Assembly (NCBI GenBank): GCA_963813715.1
Contig: CAWFAK010000009.1
Location: 576,001 to 640,000, forward strand
Direction: 5' to 3'
From: an uncultured Planctomycetaceae bacterium
GTDB taxonomy: Bacteria; Planctomycetota; Planctomycetia; Planctomycetales; Planctomycetaceae
Length of the DNA stretch: 64,000 nt
Part shown: piece after piece, positions 21,156 through 31,822 of the stretch
Layout: each line of letters opens with the position of its first letter
How positions within the stretch are numbered: the first letter of the stretch is position 1
Made by a program: the position numbers and the translations under genes
Notes under the pieces: generated by a model
The model's input: the letters and a program-made list of their open reading frames with translations, nothing else
Told to the model about the DNA's origin: nothing
The model's database searches: none

Positions 21156-23984
21156 TCAATGCTCCGCGCCCGGCTCCCGGACCCGGTACAAGTTCGGCTG
21201 ACCGCCGGACGGCGGCGACCGGAACTCGTAATGCAGACCGACGGGCAGCGTATAGTTCTGCGTAAACTGGCCGTTGACCACCCGCCGATACGAGAGCGGC
21301 TCGGAAACTTTGAACTCCTGCGACTTGCCGGGGGCGAGCGTAATCTCGCTGCTCCACGGGCTGTAGAGGTCCTTCATCTCGTAAACCAGATCCGACTTGC
21401 TGGCGTTCGTGATCTTGATCCCCGGCTCATCGAACAACACCGACAGCACCGGCGGCGACCAATCGACACCGTCGAGCCGCAGCTTGGCGTACTGGAAGTT
21501 GACATCCGACACCGGAACGTTCGTGGCCGGCCCCTTGTGCGTCCACGATTTCCACGCCGCAACGAACATCTCCTTGAGCCGGTCGGTTTGAATTTCGGAG
21601 TTCTTCGGCGTCATGCCCGGCGCGAAGTGGGCCGACGCTTTTACCTCGGGGTCGCCGGCCCAATCGATCTGCAACGCTCGCTCGGAGAAGCCACGACGCA
21701 TCAAGGTGGCGGTGGCGCGTTGCCCCAGGTCCACATCGAGCTCGGCGTACGGCGTCCACTTGGTCGCCGAAGGACTGTCCTTGATGGCGATCGAAATCAC
21801 CGCCTTCGGCACGACGAACTCGAAGGCCCGCGCCCCTGCGTGGCCAGACGGTATCTCGGTCTTGGCCGACTGGTCGTTCTTGGTGGGCGGGTCGCTCTTG
21901 GCGGGCGATTTGAGCGGCTCCGCCGGATTGGCCTTCATCGCGGTGACGCGGACGGCGTCGCCAGACTTTTGCGCGACGGCCGTGCGGGCCTCGCCCGCCG
22001 GCGGAGTCGGTCCACCGTCCTTGATCGAGATCGGGCTGACCAGTCGCAGCTCGGCCCAAATTTGCGTGTCGGCAGGCGCCGAGGCCAGGTCCGGGAAGAC
22101 CTCGCTCAACGCCTTGCGATCGGCGAAGGCGGCGAAACCCTTCTCGGGAATGTCGAGCACGTTGATCCGGGCGACGTCGTCATCGATCAGCATTTTGGTC
22201 AGTGGCTGCAGCACGTCAGGAGCTATGCCGACCCGCAGGTCGGTCCCGCCGGCGACCGAGCCGATCTCGACGCCTGCCGACCGCTCGACCCGCGGCGTCG
22301 CGGGGGCCTTGCGGGGATCGATGGCGGCGGCGGTCACTCCCATCACCAGCGAAATGCCCTTGTCGTCGGTGCTTACGCTTTGCGGATAGACCTGCAGCCG
22401 CGGACGATAAACGGGCAGCGGCCAAAAGGCGTTGGCCACCTGCGAAACTTCGGACAGGTCGAGCCGTTCCTCCACCTTGGTGAGCAAGAACGGGACGATC
22501 GATTGCACTTCCTGCTCGATTCGCGCTTTCTGACCGTAGATTCCCTGGACAAGGCCACTCGAAACTCGATCGCTGGTCATTCCCAGCCCCGACGTTGAAA
22601 CGCCGTAGGGGGCCGTGACGTACCAATCGTCCGAGGGGATTTCGAAACGCGCCGAGTTATAGCGCAGCCGCAGTCGGTCGCCGTCGATATACGGCGTCAC
22701 GTCGAGCCCTAACCAGACGGGATACTGGCTGCCGATCATCACGGAGATTGGTCCGGCATACGCCGAACGTCCGGAGCCCGACACGTAGGTCGCGCCGATC
22801 GTCAACGTGGCCCGCAGCGCGAGTTGCACGTTGAGATGCTCGGGAGCGTAGGCCTTGATGTACGCGCGATCGAGCTGGCCGGAGTAACTGATCCGCGTGA
22901 ACTGGACGGAGAAGGTGTAGCCGGACGCCTCGGTCGAGGAATAGATGTCGTTGATGCTTCCGGTCAGCGCATCCGCGGCGATCATTTTCGGCGCGGAGTA
23001 GGCGATGGCCCGCAGCACATCGTTCCCCAGCCGCACGGCAATCGCGTTAGGAATTGAAAGGGCCGGTACAAACGGCCCCTCAAGATTGGCTGGAGAAGGG
23101 GAGCGAGCCCCCGGTTGTGCCGAAAAAGCTGGCGCGCTGGCGGCGGATGCGCCGCTGGCCGTTCCCGTTGCACTCCTGGGATCCATCAACCAGACGTAGA
23201 GTTCGGAATCGTTGTAGGCATTTTTCCAGACGTCGTGGCCGACATTGGGCACAACCGTCAGCTTCGGATGACCTCCGGCCGCGCGCACGGCGTCGACCAT
23301 TTTTTCAGTTTCGCGCGCGGGCACGACCGCGTCGGTGGCACCCGCGAAGGCCCAGATCGGCACGTGAGTCAGCTTGCTCCCCCAGGCGGCATCGCCCCCA
23401 CCGGACACGGGCACGAGCGCGGCCCAGTGCGTCGGGTCGTCGGCTCCCAGGCTCCAGGTGCCATAACCGCCCATCGACCAGCCGGTGAGAATGCGGCGAT
23501 GCGAGTCGATCGCATAATCACGCTCGACCTGCGCGAGGATGGCCAGAGCCCGCTTCCCGTCGACCGAGTTCGGACCCCACGCCTGCAGAATGGAAATTTG
23601 CAGGTCCTCGCATTGCGGGAAGACCACGATGTACGGAAAGTCGTCGCGCCGCGCTTTCACGAAGGGAGCCAGGCCAACCGTCGTTTGGAGAGTCCCGTCA
23701 TTTCCGCGCTCGCCCGCACCATGCAAATAGAGGATCACGGGCCAGTTCACATCCGGCGAATAGTTCTGCGGAAGATAGACGACGTATTTGTGGTCGCCCG
23801 TCGCGTCGTGAAAGACCCGATTGAGAAAGCCCGTCGTCTGCGGTCCGGCGGTCGCCTTGGGAGCGGGCGCCCCGAGATTGACCTGCGCGCTCGCAGTCGC
23901 GGGAAGACCGGCTGCCAAGCCGCCGGCCAGCACCAGTGTCACAAAGAATCGGCGTGCGGTTCCAAAATGCTTAACGCGGTCCAT
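21156..23984 (-). CDS. Secreted multidomain protein: N-terminal alpha/beta-hydrolase (esterase/peptidase-like) plus a large C-terminal region that is possibly BPI/LBP-like
   Basis: Signal peptide ...[22 protein letters not shown] (Ser), GATDAVV (Asp), VGHDVW (His); start could be 24032, 24020 or 23984. Confidence 0.8.
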   Translation of the reverse strand: MDRVKHFGTARRFFVTLVLAGGLAAGLPATASAQVNLGAPAPKATAGPQTTGFLNRVFHDATGDHKYVVYLPQNYSPDVNWPVILYLHGAGERGNDGTLQTTVGLAPFVKARRDDFPYIVVFPQCEDLQISILQAWGPNSVDGKRALAILAQVERDYAIDSHRRILTGWSMGGYGTWSLGADDPTHWAALVPVSGGGDAAWGSKLTHVPIWAFAGATDAVVPARETEKMVDAVRAAGGHPKLTVVPNVGHDVWKNAYNDSELYVWLMDPRSATGTASGASAASAPAFSAQPGARSPSPANLEGPFVPALSIPNAIAVRLGNDVLRAIAYSAPKMIAADALTGSINDIYSSTEASGYTFSVQFTRISYSGQLDRAYIKAYAPEHLNVQLALRATLTIGATYVSGSGRSAYAGPISVMIGSQYPVWLGLDVTPYIDGDRLRLRYNSARFEIPSDDWYVTAPYGVSTSGLGMTSDRVSSGLVQGIYGQKARIEQEVQSIVPFLLTKVEERLDLSEVSQVANAFWPLPVYRPRLQVYPQSVSTDDKGISLVMGVTAAAIDPRKAPATPRVERSAGVEIGSVAGGTDLRVGIAPDVLQPLTKMLIDDDVARINVLDIPEKGFAAFADRKALSEVFPDLASAPADTQIWAELRLVSPISIKDGGPTPPAGEARTAVAQKSGDAVRVTAMKANPAEPLKSPAKSDPPTKNDQSAKTEIPSGHAGARAFEFVVPKAVISIAIKDSPSATKWTPYAELDVDLGQRATATLMRRGFSERALQIDWAGDPEVKASAHFAPGMTPKNSEIQTDRLKEMFVAAWKSWTHKGPATNVPVSDVNFQYAKLRLDGVDWSPPVLSVLFDEPGIKITNASKSDLVYEMKDLYSPWSSEITLAPGKSQEFKVSEPLSYRRVVNGQFTQNYTLPVGLHYEFRSPPSGGQPNLYRVREPGAEH

Positions 23985-24331
23985 CGGACGCTTCCTCTCA
24001 ATAGCGGCAGTTTGAAACATCGTGGCGAGCATCCCTCTCGACGAACCGAAGTCGGGTCTCGGCCTGTCGCCGATCCCAAGTTTCCACCAGCCTCACATCG
24101 TGCGGACGGGTCCGTGGCCATTATAGGCGCGGCGGGCTCAGGTGCACGCGTTCAGAAACAAGGTGGGGCCCCCTGCGAAAATGGTGCCGAGCGTCGGCTG
24201 CTGCAACTGACGGACGGGGTGGGAGAAACGGCGAGACTGACCAGAGAAAACGCGGCGGGTAAGGTCAGTGCACAGCGGAAGAAACCGACGGGCGAATACC
24301 ACTGCGCTCGCTCGAAGGCAGTGCCGGCGAT

Positions 24332-24910
24332 TTACGTCGCGGTGCCACGGCGGAGTTTCTGACGAGCCCGCGTGAGAGTTGGGCCGATCGTGTTTTCCGG
24401 GATGCCCAACTGCGAGCTGATCTCCCGGTAGGAACGGCCCTGCAAGTGGAACTGCTTCACGACTTCCGCATCGTCGGCCGGAAGATTGACGAGCATCCGC
24501 TGCACTTCGTCCTGGTCTTCGATCCGCTTGAGATCGAAGTGATGCGAGTCGGCCTGCTGCTTCATGTCGGGATGCTGGGCGACCACGTGTCCCAGCGCCT
24601 CGGCCATGCGGCGGCGGATTACGCCGTGCACGACGACGCGGCGGGCAATTACCGTGAGATAGGTCGCCAGCGAGCTTTCGCCGCGGAACCGGCGGAGAAC
24701 GGCATAGTCCTGTGCCAAGAGGGCCAGGAAGACTTCGCCCACCAGGTCGTCAATATCTTCCTGGGCTAAGCGAACGCTGCGAGCGTGCGCCGTGTGGTTG
24801 ACCACATGGACGAACAGGCCCATGAAGCGGTCAACAAAGTCCTTCCACGCTCCCGGCTCTTCGGCCAGGCACCGCTTCAGTAGATTGCGGTCGATTTCGG
24901 TGAGACTCAT
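24332..24910 (-). CDS. ECF-type RNA polymerase sigma factor
   Basis: Region 2 DIDDLVGEVFL...SSLATYLTVIARR; region 4 SYREISSQLGIPENTIGPTLTRARQKL. Confidence 0.9.
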   Translation of the reverse strand: MSLTEIDRNLLKRCLAEEPGAWKDFVDRFMGLFVHVVNHTAHARSVRLAQEDIDDLVGEVFLALLAQDYAVLRRFRGESSLATYLTVIARRVVVHGVIRRRMAEALGHVVAQHPDMKQQADSHHFDLKRIEDQDEVQRMLVNLPADDAEVVKQFHLQGRSYREISSQLGIPENTIGPTLTRARQKLRRGTAT

Positions 24911-25264
24911 GTGACGGCAGCACCCGCAGGCGTGAGATTTCCGGTGTCACTAGCGACAAATCCGGTGGTCCGCACCGTCCGATGGACCGGCATTTTTCGA
25001 GGCAGGATTCCAACCGCTGCAGTTCACTTAATCTTAACGGCGCAGGGATCTCGCGACCATACGCTATTTACGATTCTCCCGGGTTTTGGGCAATAGCGAT
25101 CCAAACGGCTGAAGGGCCCTTTACGCCCTGTGACGGCGCCTGGCCGCCGGGAAACCAGTCACTTGGTGCGGCCCGCGAGCGGGGCACTTTTGAAGTTCGC
25201 CGCGCCGCGCGAAAACTTGAGAAAAAGCCTGCAAATCCAGCCGTTTTTTGCGATTTCGCGTCGC

Positions 25265-25293
25265 TTGACAGCGCGCGTGCTCACCACTAAGAT
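25265..25293 (+). promoter_or_regulatory. Sigma70-type promoter of the ferredoxin gene
   Basis: TTGACA-17 bp-TAAGAT, ending about 60 bp upstream of ATG 25353. Confidence 0.75.
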
Positions 25294-25352
25294 CGCGATT
25301 CTTCCAGGCCAGTTCCGTGGCCAGTGAGGCTGCGGATCAGAAAGGGATCCGA

Positions 25353-25658
25353 ATGACCCACGTTGTTGCCGAACCCTGTTTCAACTGCAAATACACCGAC
25401 TGTGTCGTGGTTTGCCCCGTAGAGTGTTTCTACGAGGGACAGTCGATGCTGTATATCCATCCCGACGAGTGCATCGACTGCGAAGCGTGCGTTCCGGAGT
25501 GCCCAGTCGAGGCCATCTTCCACGAAGACAATCTTCCGGCCGAATGGAAGGACTACACCGCGCTCAACGCCGAGTTGGCGACGCAATGTCCGGTCATTAC
25601 CGAGAAGAAAGAATCGATGGCCGACACCGCCGGCACCTGCCCGCACACGCCTAAGTAA
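25353..25658 (+). CDS. fdxA: 7Fe (3Fe-4S/4Fe-4S) ferredoxin, FdxA type
   Basis: [18 protein letters not shown]...[12 protein letters not shown]. Confidence 0.93.
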   Translation: MTHVVAEPCFNCKYTDCVVVCPVECFYEGQSMLYIHPDECIDCEACVPECPVEAIFHEDNLPAEWKDYTALNAELATQCPVITEKKESMADTAGTCPHTPK

Positions 25659-25760
25659 GGCGGAGACGTCGTCCGTTCTCGCATCGAGCGCTGGTGGACG
25701 TGCGTCTCACAGTTCGCTGGTCCCCCCAGTGAACAGCGTCGATGTCTGAGCGACCTTGCT

Positions 25761-27074
25761 GTGAAGCCGGCTCTTCTCACCTCAATTCTCGTGGCCGGCG
25801 CCGGCTTGGCGCTCGGGGCTGCCGTGGCAGTGTGTGCGGACAAACCGGCAGCACGCTTCCCGGCCTTTGAGCAATTGCCGTCGCAGACCGGGCTCCCCGA
25901 TCCGCTCACGCAGTTCGACGGCACGCCTGTGCGGACGCGCGACGACTGGTTCCAGAAGCGCCGGCCGGAAATCCAGGCACTCTTCGAGTTCTACGAATAT
26001 GGGCACGCTCCCCCGCCGCCCACCAACCTCGCGGGGACCATTGTGCGGCACGAGGGGCACTACTTCGGCGGTAAAGCCACGCTCGACGAAGTCCGCATCC
26101 ATTTCGGACCTTCCGGCACGCCGCCGATCAACCTGTTGTTGGTCGTCCCAACCAAGAACCAGCCCGCCCCGGTGTTCGTCGCCCTGAATTTCTGCGGCAA
26201 TCATGCCGTCCTCAACGATCCGGCCATCGCGCTGCCGGAGCTGTGGATGCCTGACAGTTGCAACGGCTGCGTCAAACATCGGGCGACCGACGACGGCCGC
26301 GGAGCGCAGGCCGGAGCATGGGCGATCGAGAACGCCATCGATCGCGGCTATGCGATCGCTACTTTTTATGACGGCGATATCGACCCGGACAAAAACGACT
26401 CTGCCGACGGCGTGCAGCCGCACTACTTCGCCACCCGGCAGACCGCGCCGGGCGAGCATGACTGGGCGACAATTCGCGCGTGGGCCTGGGGCTTGAGCCG
26501 CGTCGTCGATTATCTCGAGACGCGACCCGACATCGACCGTCTGCGGATCTGCGCGACGGGCCATTCGCGCTTGGGCAAGACGGCCCTCGTCGCGGCTGCC
26601 TTCGACGAGCGGATTGCGCTCGCCGCCCCGCACCAATCGGGAACGGGCGGCTGTGCGCTCTCGCGAAACAACGACCAGGAAACGGTGGCGCGGATCACGC
26701 GAGTCTTTCCGCACTGGTTCAATCATACGTTTATCAAGTTCGCCGGCCACGAGGATCGCCTGCCTGTCGACCAGCACCTCTTGATGTGCCTCGTCGCGCC
26801 GCGACCGATCTTCGACAGCGAAGGCGACCAGGACAAATGGGCCAACGGGACAAGCGGCCTCAAGGCCCTCCAGGCGGCCGACAAGGTCTACAAGTTTCTC
26901 GGCCTCCGCGGACTGGTCGGCACGGGCCTGGTTCGCGACGAAGAGCCGCTGACGGGTCCCGCGGTGGGCGACCTGGTGCAGTATCACCGCAACACGAAGC
27001 ACGAATTGAGCAAGGCGTATTGGACGCGGCTCTTCGACTTCGCAGACGGTTACTTCGCGCAGCGGCTGCGGTAG
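25761..27074 (+). CDS. Secreted CE15-family esterase (glucuronoyl/acetylxylan esterase-like)
   Basis: LPDPL, WAWGLSRVVDYL, GHSRLGK, SGTGG, LPVDQH..APRP. Confidence 0.88.
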   Translation: MKPALLTSILVAGAGLALGAAVAVCADKPAARFPAFEQLPSQTGLPDPLTQFDGTPVRTRDDWFQKRRPEIQALFEFYEYGHAPPPPTNLAGTIVRHEGHYFGGKATLDEVRIHFGPSGTPPINLLLVVPTKNQPAPVFVALNFCGNHAVLNDPAIALPELWMPDSCNGCVKHRATDDGRGAQAGAWAIENAIDRGYAIATFYDGDIDPDKNDSADGVQPHYFATRQTAPGEHDWATIRAWAWGLSRVVDYLETRPDIDRLRICATGHSRLGKTALVAAAFDERIALAAPHQSGTGGCALSRNNDQETVARITRVFPHWFNHTFIKFAGHEDRLPVDQHLLMCLVAPRPIFDSEGDQDKWANGTSGLKALQAADKVYKFLGLRGLVGTGLVRDEEPLTGPAVGDLVQYHRNTKHELSKAYWTRLFDFADGYFAQRLR

Positions 27075-27079
27075 CGCGA

Positions 27080-28360
27080 TTACGCGAGAAGGCGCGCGAT
27101 TGGTTTGCCCGAGCTAAAGGCCATTGGACGGCCGATCGGCGTGATCACTTCGTGAGCCCCGTCGACGCCGAACGTCTTGAAGATGGTCGCGAACAGGTCG
27201 GCGACCTCGACCGGATCCTCGGGATTCTTTTCGCGACCTTCGGGGTCGGTGGCCCCGATCACCAGCCCGCTCTTCAGCCCACCGCCGCCGACCACGCAGG
27301 AGAATCCGCTCGGCCAATGGTCGCGGCCGTCGAGCGGATTGATCGCCGGCGAGCGACCGAATTCGCCGATCACCAGCACGACGGTCGATTGCCAGAGATC
27401 GCGTTCGCGCAAATCGCGGACGAGCGTGGCGAGAGCCGGATCGAGCACGCGGGCATTGTCCCGATGGCCGTTGAAGTTGTTGGCGTGCGTATCGAAGCCC
27501 GAGAGCGTGATCTCGACGGCCCGCACGCCCGCCTCTACCAGTCGCCGCGCCACGAGACAACCGCGGCCGAAGTTGCTCTCGCCGTACGCGTCGCGCAGTT
27601 TGCGCGACTCGCCCTCAATCTGAAAGGCGCGGAGCTGATCCGACGACATCATCTCCAAGGCCCGCTCGATCGTGTGCTGATGTAAGGTCTTCTCGACTTG
27701 CATGCGGCGGCCCTGCTCGAACGCTTTCGAGACGACCTCCAGGTTGCTGACGCGGCGGGTTTGCCGCGCGACGTCGACGGGCGCCTTGAGATTGGGCACG
27801 TCGCGGCCCGGATCGTAAACCCGAAACGCGTCGAGCTGATCGCCCAGGAAACCGCCACGTGGCGGCCACTGCGAGCTGCCGATCGCAACGTGCTGGGGAA
27901 TCACCAGCGATGAGTTGGGCAACTGGTTGACCAGGATCGCGCCGAGCGAAGGATGCCGCAGCGTCGGATCGGGGCGATAACCGGTTTTGAGGAAGTACGA
28001 CCCGCGCTCGTGGTCTCCCTCCTTCGACACCAGCGAGCGAACCACGGAGAGCGTACTCAGCTCGGCCGCAATGGCGGGGAACGTGTCGGCAATCTGCACG
28101 CCGGCGATCGAAGTGGCGATGGCTTTCGTCGGCCCGCCGATCTTCGTCCCCGGATGGGGATCCCAAGTCTCGAGCTGGCTCGCGCCCCCTTCCAACCAAA
28201 TCGTCACGAGCGACTTTTGCCGTCGCACGCCCCGCTCGTTCGCAGCCCGGGCCTCGAGCGGTGGCAACAGAAAACTCAGGCCGAGTGCTCCGGCCGCCCG
28301 CAGCACGTCGCGACGAGAGACCGCCGGCGTCGCATTTGCGAGGACGTTTCTGTCAGCCAT
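27080..28360 (-). CDS. DUF1501 family protein with Tat-like signal
   Basis: SRRDVL; GGASQLETWDP, GCLVARRLVEAGV, FDTH, GEFGRSP, GRDHW. Confidence 0.9.
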   Translation of the reverse strand: MADRNVLANATPAVSRRDVLRAAGALGLSFLLPPLEARAANERGVRRQKSLVTIWLEGGASQLETWDPHPGTKIGGPTKAIATSIAGVQIADTFPAIAAELSTLSVVRSLVSKEGDHERGSYFLKTGYRPDPTLRHPSLGAILVNQLPNSSLVIPQHVAIGSSQWPPRGGFLGDQLDAFRVYDPGRDVPNLKAPVDVARQTRRVSNLEVVSKAFEQGRRMQVEKTLHQHTIERALEMMSSDQLRAFQIEGESRKLRDAYGESNFGRGCLVARRLVEAGVRAVEITLSGFDTHANNFNGHRDNARVLDPALATLVRDLRERDLWQSTVVLVIGEFGRSPAINPLDGRDHWPSGFSCVVGGGGLKSGLVIGATDPEGREKNPEDPVEVADLFATIFKTFGVDGAHEVITPIGRPMAFSSGKPIARLLA

Positions 28361-28442
28361 GCTCCGTCTCCTCGAGCCGCATTTGGGCTCCTCGAACCGC
28401 GTTCGGATCGCCCGGCGAATGCGTCGGCCAGCCAAACGACAG

Positions 28443-30215
28443 TTAATGATTCCAGGAAAACTCCGGCGAGTTGAACAGGCTCCAGAAGATGTCTTCCACC
28501 ACCTGCGAGCGGCCTTTCGGGCCAGCGTCGGCGAATTGATGCAGGAAATACTCCGACTCGGCCGGCGTCGGGCGGCGCGAGAGGACGACCAGATAGCAGC
28601 CGTCCAGGCAACTGGCATCGCTGCCCGCAAAGGTGCTCAAGCGTGCCGACGCGTTCAGTGGGTCGGCTTTGAGCGCGTCGGCCGCAATCTTGCCGTTCAT
28701 CCGCAGCAGCGCCTGCGAGATCGTTCCCGTTCGTTCGTCGAGCTCGTTCTCGCCCAGGTCGCCGTACTCTTTGACGAAGTCGTTCTCCTGGAAGAATCGC
28801 GTCGCCCGCACGAAGAGATGCGAGTTCTGATCGATCGTCCGCACCCAGCGAGCCTGCAACATCGCGCCGATCAACTGTTCGGGCCGCAGCCGCGTCATCG
28901 GAAAGCTGGTCCACGCGTCGGCGGCCGACGCGGCATCGGCCGAGTCGGCTGCGGAGGCGCTGGCTGCCTTCTCCGTCGATTTGTTCCAATCGGCGGCGTC
29001 CGTCGACTGCGAATGTGCGGACTTCGTCGCCGCCGGCGCTTTTGCCGCGACGCTGGCTTCCTCGCCGATCGAATCGAGGCGATAGGGCCGCGACGCCGCG
29101 ATGACGCGAATCAAACGTCGCAAATCGCAATTGTGAGCGCGGAAGTCGGCCCCCAGCAGGTCGAGCAGGTCGCGATCGGCGGCGGACGGAGGATCGGGCA
29201 AATCGTCGACCGGGCTGTGAAACGCCTTACCGAACATCAACCCCCAAATCCGGTTGACGGTCGCACGCTCGAAACGGCGATTATCGGGATGCGTGATCCA
29301 CGCGGCCAGGCGTTCCCGCCGTGTGCCGGTGCCGGGCAACCATTCCGAATGGAACGGCACGGCCGGCTCAACCACATGCTTCTTGAGCGTCTTGCGGTCC
29401 TCGACGACGTAGTCCCGTCGCGGCTTGTCCTCGATGCCCACCAGCGAGTTGGTCGCCTGACCGAACATCGAGGCCAGCCCCTGGAACTGCTGCTGCTTCC
29501 ACTCGGCGAAGGGATGATCGTGGCACTGGGCGCAATCAATCCGTTGCCCGAGGAAGGCCCGCACCGTGCGGCCGGCCAATTTGTTCTCGTCGAGTTCGCC
29601 GTTGGCGATCGCCGCCGTCACGTAGTTGGTGGCGGGATGATCGGTCCACAGCCCGGTCCCGGAGATCATTTGGCGAACAGTCTCATCGTAGGGAGCATTC
29701 TTCGTGAGCTGCTGCCGAAGCCAGTCGGAAAACCGGTCGCGGCGAAAGACCACGACCTGTCCCATTTCGTTGCCGACAAAACTGCGGGCCAGCCGCTCGG
29801 CAAAATAGTCGGCAAAGCGACTGTCGGCGAGCAATCGGTTCGTCCACTGATCGAGCCGATCGGGCGCGGGGTTCGACTCGAAGATGCGAATTTCTTCCAG
29901 CGAGGGGATCGTGCCGCAAAGCGCGAGCGTCAGGCGTCGGAGCACCTGCAGCTCGTCGGCCGAGGGTGCCGGTTTGCGACCGCTCTCCTTCCACGTCGAC
30001 TCGAAGTAGCCGTCGACGGCGTGAACGGCGTCCGCAATTTCGGCGGGGGGCTGGCTCGGCGATCGAAAGTCGGTCGTGCGTGCCGACCCCGCCGGACGAA
30101 CCTGCCGCCAATCGACGGGACTGTGGGCGGCCCAGGCCACCAACGTGCACACGGCCAGCACCACTACAAGCGGCAAGCCGAGCGACTTCAGGCGCGAAAA
30201 ACGTTTTGTTGCCAC
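28443..30215 (-). CDS. DUF1549/DUF1553 (planctomycete cytochrome-c-associated) protein; start uncertain
   Basis: LRRLTLALCGTIPS, FLGQRIDCAQCHDHPF (CxxCH), VNRIWGLMFG, LFNSPEFSWNH. Confidence 0.88.
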   Translation of the reverse strand: MATKRFSRLKSLGLPLVVVLAVCTLVAWAAHSPVDWRQVRPAGSARTTDFRSPSQPPAEIADAVHAVDGYFESTWKESGRKPAPSADELQVLRRLTLALCGTIPSLEEIRIFESNPAPDRLDQWTNRLLADSRFADYFAERLARSFVGNEMGQVVVFRRDRFSDWLRQQLTKNAPYDETVRQMISGTGLWTDHPATNYVTAAIANGELDENKLAGRTVRAFLGQRIDCAQCHDHPFAEWKQQQFQGLASMFGQATNSLVGIEDKPRRDYVVEDRKTLKKHVVEPAVPFHSEWLPGTGTRRERLAAWITHPDNRRFERATVNRIWGLMFGKAFHSPVDDLPDPPSAADRDLLDLLGADFRAHNCDLRRLIRVIAASRPYRLDSIGEEASVAAKAPAATKSAHSQSTDAADWNKSTEKAASASAADSADAASAADAWTSFPMTRLRPEQLIGAMLQARWVRTIDQNSHLFVRATRFFQENDFVKEYGDLGENELDERTGTISQALLRMNGKIAADALKADPLNASARLSTFAGSDASCLDGCYLVVLSRRPTPAESEYFLHQFADAGPKGRSQVVEDIFWSLFNSPEFSWNH

Positions 30216-30468
30216 GATCTGGGCTCCCGGCCCGGGCGCCGCCCCGAATCCCCCGCGGTGAAATGCGTCCAATGGGGAATTCGCCACTGAGTATACCAAT
30301 CTTAAGTCAATTCGGTTGCAGCGGATCGGTCGGGACTGCGGCCTAGTCAAATGGACAGCGGCCAGCCAAGACTCACCGCTGTCCAGCGAATGGCAGAGGA
30401 GTGACAATCGGCGCTCTGTTATTGGAACGCTCGGTTCACGCTATTTGGTACCATGAGTTTGCGCCGGA

Positions 30469-31777
30469 ATGCCCCATGGGCCAGAGGATCGGCAGGGGAA
30501 CGATGACGTGACTGAAGCCCGCGACGAGCTCGACCCGAACGGCTGGGACAGCCCGACTTGGTCGGCCGATTCTGGGACAGCCGCCGCAGTTTTGCCGGTC
30601 GCGGAGATCGCTCCGCCCGTGCCGCGAGCGACGCCCGCGGTTCATGATTATCGGGGCGCCGGCCGCTTGGCGGAGTTTCCTTCGCCGTGGCGACACCCCG
30701 TCTGGGCCGTTGCCTGGGGCATTCGCGCCGCGTTTGGAATCGTCAGCCTGATCGTGCTGCTGGCGCTCCTGGCCGCCATTCCGGTCATCAATTTTCTCGT
30801 GCTTGGCTATTTGCTGGAGGCCGAGGGTGGCCTGGCGCAGGCGGTCGGCTGCGGCGGGCCTTTCCTCTGTTGAGCATTGCGCCGCGCCTGGGATCGATCG
30901 TACTAGGAATCTGGCTGTGGCTGTTGCCATTGCGGATTCTGGCAAACGCCGCCGCCGATGCGCAGCTGATCGATCCGACGAGCCGCGCCACCAGGCGACT
31001 GGCGTGGATCGTCAGCACGTTGGCCGCAATGATCGCCGTGCACTTGTGTCTGGCCCTCGCGCGAGGCGGTTCGTTCGGCTGCTTCTTGCGGCCGATCAAA
31101 AACGCGCGATGGGCCATCCGCCAGCTGCGACAGGGAGGCTATGGCGAAAAGGCGGCGGCCGAAATCGGCGCCTTCGTCGCCGGGCTGCGCTGCGCTACCA
31201 CTTCTGGCTGGGGATCCGGGGATTCTTTGGGGCGCTGGCCTGGCTGTTTGTGCCGACCGCGCTCTTCGCCGCCGCAAATAAGACCGAAGGGAGACAGATC
31301 GTCGTCACGATCGTCGGCGGGCTGCTGCTCGTGCCCGTGCTGGCCTGGCTGCCGTTTTTACAAGCACGGTTCGCGAGCGAGAACCGACTCCGGGGAATGT
31401 TCGAGCTGCGAACCGTGCGGCGATTGTTCGGACACGCGCCCCTCGCGTGGCTCTTGGCGGTGATCGCCACGTACGTGCTCGCGTTGCCGCTCTACCTGCT
31501 CAAGATCTTTTTGCTGCCGCAGGATGCGATGTGGTTCGTGACGCTCGTCTTCATCCTGAGCATCTATCCGGCGCGGCTGGTGACGGGCTGGGCCTATGGC
31601 CGAGCCACGCGACGCCCGCAGCCGGCCCACTTTGCAACACGCTGGTTCGCCCGGCTCTTGATGGGGCCGCTCCTGGCTGTCTACGTATTTCTGCTCTTCT
31701 TCACGCAGTTCATCGGCCAACACGGGAAAGGCGTGCTGTTTGAGCACCATGCGTTTCTGCTGCCGGTGCCGTTCTAG
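30469..31777 (+). CDS. Conserved multi-pass membrane protein; frameshifts near 30830 and 31190
   Basis: Three overlapping hydrophobic ORFs (30469..30873, 30687..31463, 30803..31777) join into one TM-rich protein ending HHAFLLPVPF. Confidence 0.7.
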
Positions 31778-31822
31778 AAACGGCCGGCCGAGTCGCATCT
31801 GTTGCCGCGTGTTGCTTTCCCC

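Noticed and set aside
27987..30290. Long antisense ORFs (this 767-aa one, also 1013..2644, 21009..22598, 58341..59963)
   Set aside because: These are shadows of well-supported opposite-strand genes, expected in high-GC DNA, and have no motifs
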